A stretch of 42,980 nt of DNA from the NCBI GenBank assembly GCA_964567365.1, contig CAZMMO010000001.1, forward strand, positions 4,511-47,490. Reading direction: 5' to 3'. This DNA is from an uncultured Rhodanobacteraceae bacterium. Lineage in GTDB: Bacteria > Pseudomonadota > Gammaproteobacteria > Xanthomonadales > Rhodanobacteraceae. Below are positions 10,204-19,934 of the stretch, in pieces. Each line of letters opens with the position of its first letter. Positions within the stretch are counted from its first letter, which is position 1. A program made the translations under genes and the position numbers. The notes under the pieces were generated by a model, which saw nothing but the letters and a program-made list of their open reading frames with translations, did no database searches and was not told where the DNA came from.

Positions 10204-11535
10204 TTGAGCCAACCAGCCCAACCCGCTTCATCGCACGCCTCGACCGTGCAGGCTTCCGACCAGCCCGGCATGGTGCGTGCGGTCGGCCGCTGGCAGCTGG
10301 TCGGCCTGTCCGTCAACGATGTGATCGGCAGCGGTATCTTTCTGCTGCCGGCCGCCGCCGCCGCCCTGCTGGGTCCGGCCAGCCTGTGGGCGGTATTGCT
10401 GGCGGGCCTGGCCGTGAGCCTGCTGGTGATGTGCTACGCCCAGGCCGCAAGTTTCTTCGACCAGCCCGGGGGCAGTTACCTGTACGTGCGCGAGGCATTC
10501 GGCAAGCTTGCCGGTTTCGAAGTGGGCTGGATGCTGCTGCTTACCCGCATCTTCAGCGCGGCGGCACTGAGCAACGGCCTGGCCGAGGCGGTGACGCATT
10601 TCTGGCCGACGGCCGACAGCGGCATCATTCGCGTGGCGATCGTGGTGGTGTCCCTGGTGGTGCTGATCTGGATCAACGTGATCGGCGTGCGCGCGGCCGC
10701 GCGCGCGGGCGTGTTCCTGACCATCGCCAAGTTGTTGCCGTTGGCCATGTTCATCGTCATCGGCGCGTTCTTCGTGGACATGGCCCAGGCCTCGCCGCTG
10801 GCTTCGGGTTCCCTTCCCGTGCAGGACCTGGCCAAGGGCGCCTTGTTGCTGTTGTTTGCCTTTGCCGGTTTCGAGAACATGCCGACGGCCGCGGGCGAGT
10901 ACAACAATCCCCGCCGCGACGTCCCGTTCGCGATGATGATGATGATCATCATCGTCACGGTGACCTACGTGGGCGTGCAGTGGGTGGCCCTGGGCACCTT
11001 GCCGGGGCTGGCCGAATCGAGCACGCCGCTGGCCGATGCCGCGGGACGCTTCGGCGGCACCTGGCTGGCGGCGGTGCTGACCATCGGCGCGGCGGTGTCG
11101 ATGCTGGGCACCAACAGCAATTCGATCATGTTCGGCCCGCGGTACCTGCTGGCGCTGGCCAACGACGGCTACGGCCCGAAGGTCCTGACGCGCATCCACC
11201 CGCGTTACCGCACGCCGGCCGTGGCCATCCTCGTCGTCGGCGCGGTGGCCATTGCCATCGCCTTGTCCGGTTCGTTCGTGCAGTTGGCCCTGCTGTCGGT
11301 GGTGGCCCGTCTGGTTGCCTATGTGGCCGTTTCGGGCTCGGTGCTGGTGTTGCGCAAGCGCCTCGGTGGACGTGAGGACGCGCTGCGACTGGTGGGCGGG
11401 CCGGTAATCCCGATTGCGGCGACGGTCCTCTCCCTGGCCTTGTTGACCAGCGCCGGGGCCAGCAACCTTGTGGCGGCGGCGATTGCGCTGTTCGTCGGGG
11501 CACTGATCTACTTTTTCTGGCGCCGGCCGCGGTAA
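10204..11535 (+). CDS. APC-family amino acid permease 1
   Basis: VIGSGIFLLP (TM1), GGSYLY, FAFAGFE (TM6), IHPRYRTP, about 12 hydrophobic segments. Start uncertain (TTG 10204 or ATG 10270). Confidence 0.9.
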   Translation: MSQPAQPASSHASTVQASDQPGMVRAVGRWQLVGLSVNDVIGSGIFLLPAAAAALLGPASLWAVLLAGLAVSLLVMCYAQAASFFDQPGGSYLYVREAFGKLAGFEVGWMLLLTRIFSAAALSNGLAEAVTHFWPTADSGIIRVAIVVVSLVVLIWINVIGVRAAARAGVFLTIAKLLPLAMFIVIGAFFVDMAQASPLASGSLPVQDLAKGALLLLFAFAGFENMPTAAGEYNNPRRDVPFAMMMMIIIVTVTYVGVQWVALGTLPGLAESSTPLADAAGRFGGTWLAAVLTIGAAVSMLGTNSNSIMFGPRYLLALANDGYGPKVLTRIHPRYRTPAVAILVVGAVAIAIALSGSFVQLALLSVVARLVAYVAVSGSVLVLRKRLGGREDALRLVGGPVIPIAATVLSLALLTSAGASNLVAAAIALFVGALIYFFWRRPR

Positions 11536-11600
11536 TGTCCGCCGGCGCCCGGCTTGCCTCTGGCATGTATCGGGCAGGGACTCGTGGTCCCGCCTCCCCC

Positions 11601-11675
11601 GTAGGAGCGCACCCGGGTGCGACAGCATCCGCATTCAATGAGCCTCGAGGCCGTCGCGCCCGGGTGCGCTCCTAC
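11601..11675. repeat. REPIN copy 3
   Basis: GTAGGAGCGCACCCGGGTGCGAC ... GTCGCGCCCGGGTGCGCTCCTAC, 75 bp. Confidence 0.9.
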
Positions 11676-11753
11676 GAAAAGCGGGTCCGCTCGGGATCTC
11701 CGCATCTGACGCAACCTCGTGATGTGGACGGCCTTGAAGCTGTCATGGACACC

Positions 11754-11793
11754 TACAACCTGAGGTTATGCCATGCCGTCATCTTTTCATTGG
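11754..11793 (+). promoter_or_regulatory. LysR-type operator, copy C (upstream of TBDR1)
   Basis: TACAAC-CTGAG-GTTATG-N10-ATCTTTTCATTGG. Confidence 0.75.
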
Positions 11794-11967
11794 CCTTTTG
11801 CCTCCGATTGTTACTAACTTGTATCTTAAGGTTCCGTAAAATTCCGGGCGCATACCGGTGGGGGCGGAATCCGGATTGAAAGCCATGCGGATCGGGGATT
11901 GCCGAATCGGCGGTTGCCGTAACCAAACGTTGTTTTGTTGCCAACGATGTTTCCAAGGGGATCCAAC

Positions 11968-14445
11968 ATGAACAGAAATTCGCGTCGACTGGCCTTTTCC
12001 TTGCTGGCCATGTCGGTATCACTGGCGCTGGCCGGTACTGCGGTTGCGCAGGATGCCGGCACGACCAGCCAACAGGAAAATACCGGTCAGCAAAAATCCA
12101 CCCAGGCGACCGAGCTGTCCACGATCATCGTGACCGGTACCCGCGTGGGCAATCGCACGCAGGCCGAATCGCTCACGCCGATCGACGTGATTCCAACCAA
12201 GGTGCTGAACCAGTCCGGTGCGGTAACCCTGGGCAAGGCACTGGATCGCACGGTGCCTTCCCTGAATTTCCCGCTGGCGCCGGCCTCGGACACCTTCGCT
12301 TTCGCGCGTCCCTTCGAGATGCGCGGCCTGTCCAGCGACGAGGTGCTGGTGCTGGTAGACGGCAAGCGCTGGCACGCCGGGGCCCTCATGCTGACGCTGG
12401 GCCAGGTGGGCCAGGGTTCGCAGGGCGTGAACCTCAACACCATCCCGATGGGCGCCATCGACCACATCGAGGTGCTGCGTGACGGCGCTTCGGCACAGTA
12501 CGGTTCCGACGCCATCGCCGGCGTCATCAACATCATCCTGAAGAAGGGACCGCATGGCGGCGGCGTGTCGGCCATGGGCGGCAGGTATACGGCCGGCGAC
12601 GGCAACACCTACAAGCTCAACGGCAACTTCGGCATTCCGCTGGGTGGCGACAAGGGCTGGCTGCGCCTGTCCGCGACGCAGCAGAACCAGAGCCCCACCA
12701 ACCGCGCCGGCCTGGACAATCGCCCGGGTTTTGCCAAGCTGGGCAGGAAGTTCCAGTTCGGCATCCCGGCCACCCGCAACCACAACATGTTCCTGGACTG
12801 GCAGTACGACTTCACGCCGAACGTGAGCCTGTACGGGTATGGCCACTACGGCGTGCTGGTGGGTGAACCGCGCGGTTTCTATCGCTACGGGTCCAAGGCC
12901 CCGATACCGAAAAACGACCTGATGCAGTATATCTTCCCGGACGGGGAGGGCTTTCTGCCGAGGGAGCATGGCGTGTCCAGGGACAAGGCCCTGGTCGTCG
13001 GCCTGCAAGGGCATACGGACAATGGCTGGCGTTGGGACGTAAGTGCCAACTGGGGCGCCAACCGGGTGTCCTACGGCACGTTCAATTCCATCAACTTCGC
13101 GTTCTGGAACGATTTTGGCTACAGCCCCAGGGACATGCACGATGGCACCCTGACCAACTCGCAAAGCACGTTGGACATCGATCTTTCCAAGACCCTGGGC
13201 GACAACTGGACGCTGTCCTTCGGCGCGCAGTACCTGCGCCAGGAATACAAGATCGTGGCCGGCGACCTTGCCTCCTGGTACGTTGGCACCTCGGGCATCA
13301 CCGGCGCCGCCCAGGGCTTTGCCGGCTGGGGTCCGGAGGACGCCAGCGACAATGCGCGACATGACGTTGCCGAGTATGTGCAGCTGGAAGGCAACCTCAC
13401 CGACAAGTTCAGTACCTCCCTGGCGGTGCGTCACGAGGACTATTCGGACTTCGGCACCAACACGTCCTACGCCGTGTCCGGCCGCTACCAGTTCACCGAT
13501 GCCTTCGCCTTGCGCGGAACGTATTCGACCGGCTTCCGCGCGCCCGGCCTGGGACAGCAGCATGCCTCGGTGACCACGTCCGTGTCCTATCCCGAAGGCA
13601 ACTCGCTGGGTCTGCCCGAAGGCATCTACCTGCGCGGCCTGGTGCCGGTGAGCAACAATCTTGCCCAGCTGCTGGGCAGCGAGCCGTTGAAGCCGGAAAC
13701 TTCGCGCAGCGCCACCGCGGGCATTGTGTGGAACCCGACCGATTCGTTCACCGGTACCTTCGACGTGTACGACATCACCCTGAACAACCGCATCCTGATG
13801 TCCAGCTCGATGTCCCTGGTGGCGCCTTCGGTCAAGAGCTACCTGGCGGCCAATGGCGTGGTCAATGCCGAATACGTGGCCCTGGCCTACTTCACCAACG
13901 CCACGCAGTTGCGCATCCAGGGCGCCGGCATCGTGGCCAATTACCACAAGGATTTCGACAACGGCGGGTCGCTGCAGTCGACCCTTTCCTACAGCTACCA
14001 CAAGAACAAGGTCACCCGGGTCCGTCCCAATCCGCCGGTGCTCGACGCGCTGGGCGACATCGGCTTCCAGCGCATCACGCGCAGCCAGAAGAAGGGACTG
14101 CTGGCCGACGAGATGCCGCGTTCGAAGGTGATCTGGACCAACACCTACAACCAGGGCCACTGGGGCTTCACCTTCACCGCGACGCGGTACGGGCGGTACA
14201 CCTCCTACAGCTCGACCAGCTATATCTACGACATCGTGTATCCGCACAAGTGGATCTTCAACGGCGCCGTGGATTATTACCATGACCGCTGGACGTTTAC
14301 CCTGGGCATGGACAACCTGTTCGACACGTATCCGATGAAGACGCCGGAGAGTGACAATTTCCACGGCATCTTCCCGTATTCGTCCAGCTCGCCGTTCGGT
14401 TTCGAAGGCGGCTACTACTACGGAAAGGTTGCCTACCGTTGGTAA
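11968..14445 (+). CDS. TonB-dependent receptor 1
   Basis: Sec signal ending AVA, TonB box TIIVTGTR, plug VLVLVDGKR and IEVLRDGASAQYGSDAIAGVINIILK, STGFRAP, C-terminal aromatic (YRW). Confidence 0.93.
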   Translation: MNRNSRRLAFSLLAMSVSLALAGTAVAQDAGTTSQQENTGQQKSTQATELSTIIVTGTRVGNRTQAESLTPIDVIPTKVLNQSGAVTLGKALDRTVPSLNFPLAPASDTFAFARPFEMRGLSSDEVLVLVDGKRWHAGALMLTLGQVGQGSQGVNLNTIPMGAIDHIEVLRDGASAQYGSDAIAGVINIILKKGPHGGGVSAMGGRYTAGDGNTYKLNGNFGIPLGGDKGWLRLSATQQNQSPTNRAGLDNRPGFAKLGRKFQFGIPATRNHNMFLDWQYDFTPNVSLYGYGHYGVLVGEPRGFYRYGSKAPIPKNDLMQYIFPDGEGFLPREHGVSRDKALVVGLQGHTDNGWRWDVSANWGANRVSYGTFNSINFAFWNDFGYSPRDMHDGTLTNSQSTLDIDLSKTLGDNWTLSFGAQYLRQEYKIVAGDLASWYVGTSGITGAAQGFAGWGPEDASDNARHDVAEYVQLEGNLTDKFSTSLAVRHEDYSDFGTNTSYAVSGRYQFTDAFALRGTYSTGFRAPGLGQQHASVTTSVSYPEGNSLGLPEGIYLRGLVPVSNNLAQLLGSEPLKPETSRSATAGIVWNPTDSFTGTFDVYDITLNNRILMSSSMSLVAPSVKSYLAANGVVNAEYVALAYFTNATQLRIQGAGIVANYHKDFDNGGSLQSTLSYSYHKNKVTRVRPNPPVLDALGDIGFQRITRSQKKGLLADEMPRSKVIWTNTYNQGHWGFTFTATRYGRYTSYSSTSYIYDIVYPHKWIFNGAVDYYHDRWTFTLGMDNLFDTYPMKTPESDNFHGIFPYSSSSPFGFEGGYYYGKVAYRW

Positions 14446-14475
14446 ATCATTTGTGCAACACTCCGTGTTGACCCG

Positions 14476-14528
14476 AACCCCGGGTGCAATGGCGTAAGCG
14501 AGTCGACGTCGTTGTTCCCGGGGTTTTT
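14476..14528 (+). terminator. Long hairpin with short U-tract after TBDR1
   Basis: AACCCCGGG...CCCGGGGTT outer stem, G-U-rich inner stem, then TTT. Confidence 0.5.
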
Positions 14529-14644
14529 CATGTGCCGTGTCCGCCGTGGGCGGGCGTCGTTTCCATTCCACCGCCACGGTTTTTATCTTGAGTCGATCCA
14601 GCATTCCGTCCTCGTCCGGTTCTTCTTCCGCGGAGGCCTCGCCC

Positions 14645-15928
14645 ATGTCCGAGCAACCCGGCGTATTGCGTGCGGTCGGACGCTGGCAACTGGTCGGCCT
14701 GTCCGTCAACGATGTCATCGGCAGCGGCATCTTCCTGTTGCCGGCGACGGCGGCGGCACTACTGGGGCCGGCCAGCCTGTGGGCCGTGCTGCTGGCTGGA
14801 ATCGCCGTAAGCCTGCTGGTGCTGTGTTACTCGCAGGCGGCCAGCTTCTACGACAAGCCCGGTGGCAGCTATCTGTATGCCCGCGAGGCTTTCGGCCCCT
14901 TCATCGGTTTCGAGGTCGGCTGGATGCTGCTGCTCACGCGCATCGCCAGCGCGGCGGCACTCAGCAACGGCCTGGCCGAGGCGGTGACGCATTTCTGGCC
15001 GTCGGCGGCCTCCGGAGGCATACGCATACTGATCGTGGCCGGCTCGCTGGCGCTGCTGACCGGGATCAACGTCGTCGGCGTGCGCGCCGCGGCGCGCACC
15101 GCCGTGTTCCTGGCCGTCGCCAAGCTGGTGCCCCTGGCCATGTTCATCGCCATCGGCGCGTTTTTCGTGGACATGTCGCAGGCCTCGCCGCTGGCGGTGG
15201 GCGCTATTCCCATGCATGACCTGGGCAAGGGAGCGTTGCTGCTGCTGTTTGCCTATGCCGGTTTCGAGAACATGCCCACGGCCGCCGGCGAGTATCTCAA
15301 TCCGAAGCGCGACGTGCCGTTCGCGATGATCACCATGATCGTCATCGTCACCCTGGTTTACGTGGGCGTGCAGTGGGTGGCGCTGGGCACCTTGCCGGGG
15401 CTGGCTCATTCGATCACGCCGCTGGCCGACGCCTCGGCGAAATTCGGCGGCACCTGGCTGGCGCTGGTGCTGACCATCGGCGCGTCCGTGTCGATCCTGG
15501 GCACCAACAGCAACACCATCATGTTCGGGCCGCGTTATCTGCTGGCGCTTGCCGACGACGGCTACGGCCCGGCCTTCATGACGCGCATCCACCCGCGCTT
15601 CCGCACGCCGGCCGTGGCCGTGATCTTCGTCGGCGCGGTTTCGTTGGCGCTGGCGTTGACCGGCACCTTCGTGCAGTTGGCCCTGTTGTCCATGATCGCG
15701 CGCCTGGCCGGTTATCTGGGCACCTCCACTTCGGTGCTGGTATTGCGCAAGCGCCACGGCCATCGCAAGGACGCCCTGCACCTGCCCGGCGGCCCGACGA
15801 TCCCGATTGCCGCAACCGTGCTCACCCTTGCCCTGCTGGCCAGCGCCGGACCGGCCAACCTGCTGGCGGGCCTGATCGCCCTGGTCATCGGATGGGTGAT
15901 CTACCGGTTCTGGCGTCGGCCGGTTTGA
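14645..15928 (+). CDS. APC-family amino acid permease 2 (paralogue of permease 1)
   Basis: Long blocks identical to permease 1 (RAVGRWQLVGLSVNDVIGSGIFLLPA, AGFENMPTAAGEY); GGAGG upstream of ATG 14645, alternative TTG 14588. Confidence 0.9.
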   Translation: MSEQPGVLRAVGRWQLVGLSVNDVIGSGIFLLPATAAALLGPASLWAVLLAGIAVSLLVLCYSQAASFYDKPGGSYLYAREAFGPFIGFEVGWMLLLTRIASAAALSNGLAEAVTHFWPSAASGGIRILIVAGSLALLTGINVVGVRAAARTAVFLAVAKLVPLAMFIAIGAFFVDMSQASPLAVGAIPMHDLGKGALLLLFAYAGFENMPTAAGEYLNPKRDVPFAMITMIVIVTLVYVGVQWVALGTLPGLAHSITPLADASAKFGGTWLALVLTIGASVSILGTNSNTIMFGPRYLLALADDGYGPAFMTRIHPRFRTPAVAVIFVGAVSLALALTGTFVQLALLSMIARLAGYLGTSTSVLVLRKRHGHRKDALHLPGGPTIPIAATVLTLALLASAGPANLLAGLIALVIGWVIYRFWRRPV

Positions 15929-16119
15929 TCCCAGGTTACGGGTTTCCGCATGTGTGGGTGGCATCCACTCGCAGAGGGTGTCATTTCGGCACCCCCTGCT
16001 CGGAAATTCCTCTGCTTGCGAGGCCCGTGTAAACCACACCGAAATTCCGATATGGCTCATTCATTTCGGGACGGAATGAATATCATCCTTGTCGGATTTG
16101 CAAATGCCGATGTTCCCTG

Positions 16120-16159
16120 CATAGCTGGTGGTTATGCGGGGTGTCCCTTTTTCTATTGG
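16120..16159 (+). promoter_or_regulatory. LysR-type operator, copy D (upstream of TBDR2)
   Basis: CATAGC-TGGTG-GTTATG-N10-CTTTTTCTATTGG. Confidence 0.7.
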
Positions 16160-16426
16160 CAACGAGTGTGAAACGTCTGTTAGGGTCCACGGTGTGCCTT
16201 GACAACACGTGAGTGCCGGATTGGGACACAAAACCATCTCGTCGATATGACGGGGCTTTTCCAGCCGTGAATATCCATGTCGCTTGCCTTGCGCGGCGAT
16301 ATGTCCTGGCAGCACCCGATACATTCGGGACGAGCGGATTTTGGCTCCATCCGGTCTGGCGGTGAAAGCAGGGCGCTTCCCTGAACTGGAAGTGTAAGGC
16401 GCTTCATTATCCGGAGGATACGCGGC

Positions 16427-19400
16427 ATGAGCAAAACTCTTTTCCCCGTAGTTTCTCGCAAGCGCGGAACAAGGCATACCGCGCTGGCATTGGCTATCAG
16501 CGCATCGATTGCCTTGGCGTGGGGCGGCGTGGTTCATGCGCAGGCAGTCAACGGAACCATTCATGGCAAGGTCCCGGCCGGTCCCGACGAGGCCGTGCGA
16601 ATTACCAATGGTGCGGGTTACGACCGCACGATTCCGGTGGAACCGACCGGTAACTACTCCGTGATTCTGCCGGTGGGAACCTATACGGTCACGCTGTTGC
16701 AGAATGGCGCCGTGGTGCAAAGCCGGGCCGGCGTGGCCACGGTGGCGGGCGGCTCGGTGGCGGTCAACTTCTTTTCGAGCGGGGCGGATGCAACCGAACT
16801 TTCCGGAGTGGTCGTTTCGTCCTCCTCGATACCCGTGATCGACGTGCGGTCCACGCAGCAGGTCACGACGTTCACCGCCGAGCAGATTCATCGCCTGCCG
16901 TTGGGCCGGTCCGCCGAAGGTATTGCCCTGATGTCGCCTGGCGTCAATGCAGGCTCGGATGCATTGATCGGGGGCCCGCTGGGATCGTCCGTGGTCACGT
17001 TCGGCGGCGCCACCACGGCCGAGAACGCGTATTACCTCGATGGCATGAACACCACGTTTGCATTGAACGGGCAGGGCGGCATCAGCCTTCCGTTCGACGC
17101 CATTGCCCAGCAGCAGACTTTCATCAGCGGATACGGCGCCAAGTACGGACGCTCCATCGGCGGCGTCATCAGCCAGATCGGCAAGAGCGGCACGAACGAA
17201 TGGCATTTCGGAGTTCGTGGCGTATGGCAGATGCCGGACTGGAGGAGCAAAAAGAAAAACACGTACTGGGCAAACCCGTACTGGAACAATGCCGGGCAGC
17301 AGGTGGGGGACCTGATGACCTGGAACCAGGATGACCGGTTCATGCGTCATGTCTACGATGCTTACCTGAGCGGTCCACTCATCCGGGACAAGTTGTTCCT
17401 TTACGTCGGGCTGGAGAAGGAAAATACCAGCAACCACGGCGTGGGCTCGAAATCGAGCGCGACCATGAGCAGCACCCAGGCGCATTACCCGAAGACATAC
17501 GTCAAGCTGAACTGGAACATCAACAGCAACAACACGCTCGCGGTGACCGCATTGCAGAGCCAGGAAAAATACTGGACAAAGCGGTACGAGTACGACTACG
17601 ACCGGTTCCAGCCGGGGGACTTCATCGGCATCCCGCGGCTGGAGAAAACCTCTTTCGTGATGTGGGTGGCCAATTACACCTCCTACATCACCGATGACCT
17701 GACCGTGCATGCGATGTTCGGCAAGCAGCGTGGCCGGTTCTATTCCTACCAGCCGCCGTACCCCGGGTTCGATCCGGATCTGGCCTACGTGACCGGATTG
17801 TCCTTGCAGAATCCTGCATACGTACCTCCCGGCGGCGCCCACAGCACGCAGTTGAATTCATCCAAGTCGTTCCCCGGCCACAACACTTCGGTCACGAATT
17901 ACCGTCTGGATTTCGATTACCGCCTGGGAAATCACGACATCAAGTTCGGCATCGACAACATCAATGCGGTCGACCGGGGCGACGGCTCGGTCAACACCGG
18001 GCCCGGGTATTACTGGAGTTATGGCCACATGGATCCGGACAAGCCCATCATGCCGAGCCCGGATCCGAGCATCCCACCGTATGTGGGGCCGCCCAATTCC
18101 AACCCCGATGGCGTGGACGGTTACTACGTGCAGCGGCACGTGAGCCAGAGCATTGCCAATGTGCGGGTTACCCAGCGCGCCCAGTACGTTGTCGACGATT
18201 GGCAGGTTACCCCCAACCTGCTGCTGAATCTGGGTTTGCGCAACGACCAGTTCACCAACTACAACGCCGGTGGTGTTCCGTATATCAGTCTGACGAAGCC
18301 GCAGTGGTCGCCGCGCCTGGGCTTCAGCTGGGATGTGCACGGAGATTCCTCGCTGAAAATCTTCGGCAACGCCGGCCGCTATTACCTGGCATTGCCGCTT
18401 TCGGTTGCCCTGTCCATCGGCAACCCGGTGGTCAATGCGGGCTTGTACGGCACCTACTCGGGCATCGACCAGGAAACCGGCGCGCCGATCGGCTTCCAGC
18501 CGCTTCCCCAGAACCCTTCGACGGGGGTGTCGATCGATAGTGAATACGGGCAACCCAAGGACCCACGTGCATCTACCTCCCAGAACATCAAGGCGGAGTT
18601 CTCCGACAACTACGTGCTTGGATTGCAGAAAGCCTTCCAGATGATGGGGTCGGAATGGGTCTTTTCGGCCACTGCGACTTACCAGAGGCTCAACCGGATC
18701 ATCGACGACTACGCCGACATCCACAGGGAATGCGATGCCGGGCGGCGGCAGGGGCTGGACTGGCTGACCCCGCAGGCGTGCTCGCAGTATGCCCAGAGTC
18801 TCATGCTGATCAACCCGGGTGAGGACCAGGTGATCATGATGAAGGGCCCTGACGGCAAGCTCCACAAAATGAACTTCACGGCTGAGGATCAGGGTTTTCC
18901 GATGCGCCCGAAACGCCGCTACTACGCGCTCGACCTTTCGCTGACCCACGAGTGGGACGGCAAGTGGTACGGCAAGGTCGACTACGTGTTTTCCCGGTTG
19001 TATGGCAACGAGGAAGGACCGGTGTCGGCGGCTTATCATCAGAGCGGATCCTACGAGTCGCTCACCACGGCGTGGGATTTTCCGGAAAGGATGGACAACT
19101 CGAACGGCGTGCTTTCCGGACACCATGCGCATACGCTGAAGGCATTCGGCTCCTATGCAATCACTCCGGAATGGATGGTCGGCGGCAATTTCACGGTCCA
19201 GTCCGGCCGGCCCCTGATGTGTTTCGGGTATTACGGGCCGGACATGGTCGCCTTGCACGGGTCGATGTCTTACCACTGGTGCAATGGCAAGCCGGCTCCG
19301 CCGGGGTCGCAGGGCTATACGCCATGGACACACACGCTTGATCTGAACGTGCGCTACACACCTGCGTGGGCCGATCACAAATTGCGTTTGAAGCTCACGG

Positions 19401-19543
19401 CGTTCAATGTCATGAACAAGCAGACCTGGATCCTGCGCAACGAATATTTCGGCTCGCCCGCTTCGCCGAATTCGACGTGGAAGTACATACAGGCACGGAC
19501 TTCCCCGCGGACGTTCATGTTTACCGCTTCCTACGAGTATTGA
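16427..19543 (+). CDS. Oar-like TonB-dependent receptor 2 with N-terminal carboxypeptidase-regulatory-like domain
   Basis: Signal peptide (VHA-Q), LPVGTYTVTL N-domain, ENAYYLDGMNTT, GYGAKYGRSIGGVISQIGKSGTNEW, SPRLGFSWD, ends YEY; GGAGG upstream. Confidence 0.9.
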   Translation: MSKTLFPVVSRKRGTRHTALALAISASIALAWGGVVHAQAVNGTIHGKVPAGPDEAVRITNGAGYDRTIPVEPTGNYSVILPVGTYTVTLLQNGAVVQSRAGVATVAGGSVAVNFFSSGADATELSGVVVSSSSIPVIDVRSTQQVTTFTAEQIHRLPLGRSAEGIALMSPGVNAGSDALIGGPLGSSVVTFGGATTAENAYYLDGMNTTFALNGQGGISLPFDAIAQQQTFISGYGAKYGRSIGGVISQIGKSGTNEWHFGVRGVWQMPDWRSKKKNTYWANPYWNNAGQQVGDLMTWNQDDRFMRHVYDAYLSGPLIRDKLFLYVGLEKENTSNHGVGSKSSATMSSTQAHYPKTYVKLNWNINSNNTLAVTALQSQEKYWTKRYEYDYDRFQPGDFIGIPRLEKTSFVMWVANYTSYITDDLTVHAMFGKQRGRFYSYQPPYPGFDPDLAYVTGLSLQNPAYVPPGGAHSTQLNSSKSFPGHNTSVTNYRLDFDYRLGNHDIKFGIDNINAVDRGDGSVNTGPGYYWSYGHMDPDKPIMPSPDPSIPPYVGPPNSNPDGVDGYYVQRHVSQSIANVRVTQRAQYVVDDWQVTPNLLLNLGLRNDQFTNYNAGGVPYISLTKPQWSPRLGFSWDVHGDSSLKIFGNAGRYYLALPLSVALSIGNPVVNAGLYGTYSGIDQETGAPIGFQPLPQNPSTGVSIDSEYGQPKDPRASTSQNIKAEFSDNYVLGLQKAFQMMGSEWVFSATATYQRLNRIIDDYADIHRECDAGRRQGLDWLTPQACSQYAQSLMLINPGEDQVIMMKGPDGKLHKMNFTAEDQGFPMRPKRRYYALDLSLTHEWDGKWYGKVDYVFSRLYGNEEGPVSAAYHQSGSYESLTTAWDFPERMDNSNGVLSGHHAHTLKAFGSYAITPEWMVGGNFTVQSGRPLMCFGYYGPDMVALHGSMSYHWCNGKPAPPGSQGYTPWTHTLDLNVRYTPAWADHKLRLKLTAFNVMNKQTWILRNEYFGSPASPNSTWKYIQARTSPRTFMFTASYEY

Positions 19544-19795
19544 GCGGATTGCCAATCGAGAGCTGGCGTCACGAGGGCGGAATCAGGTCGTGCGGCCTGG
19601 TTCCGTCCTGGTGGGTCCCTGGAACTCCCGGTGCGGAAGTGGCAAGCATGTGAGTGCATGTATGACAGGCGGGTTCGGAGCGGCGTCATGCTGTCGCTGC
19701 CATGTTATGGGCTGTCATTTTGTCTTATTTTTATACAAAGGGACTCGCTTGTGACGGATGTGTGAAAACGCAAACGGCATAAGAAGGTTCTTGCG

Positions 19796-19835
19796 CATAG
19801 CTTGCAGTTATGCGAGATGCGGTTTATTTCATTGG
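19796..19835 (+). promoter_or_regulatory. LysR-type operator, copy E (upstream of TBDR3)
   Basis: CATAGC-TTGCA-GTTATG-N10-TTTATTTCATTGG. Confidence 0.75.
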
Positions 19836-19934
19836 AATGCCGTATCAAGAATGCATTACCATGACATAAAGTGTAAGTAAACTTGAATCATTCAGGCTCT
19901 TAATTGTGTGCAATCACAGAGTGGGGAAATGGTA

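Noticed and set aside
5201-11675. Repeated 23-mers as a CRISPR array
   Set aside because: They are dispersed inverted pairs with related spacers and no cas genes: REPINs.
12019-14730. 903-aa minus-strand ORF, and similar long ORFs at 6857-9277(+), 19986-22763(-), 28353-30179(+), 2762-4282(-)
   Set aside because: Antisense shadows of well-supported genes in high-GC DNA; no recognisable motifs.
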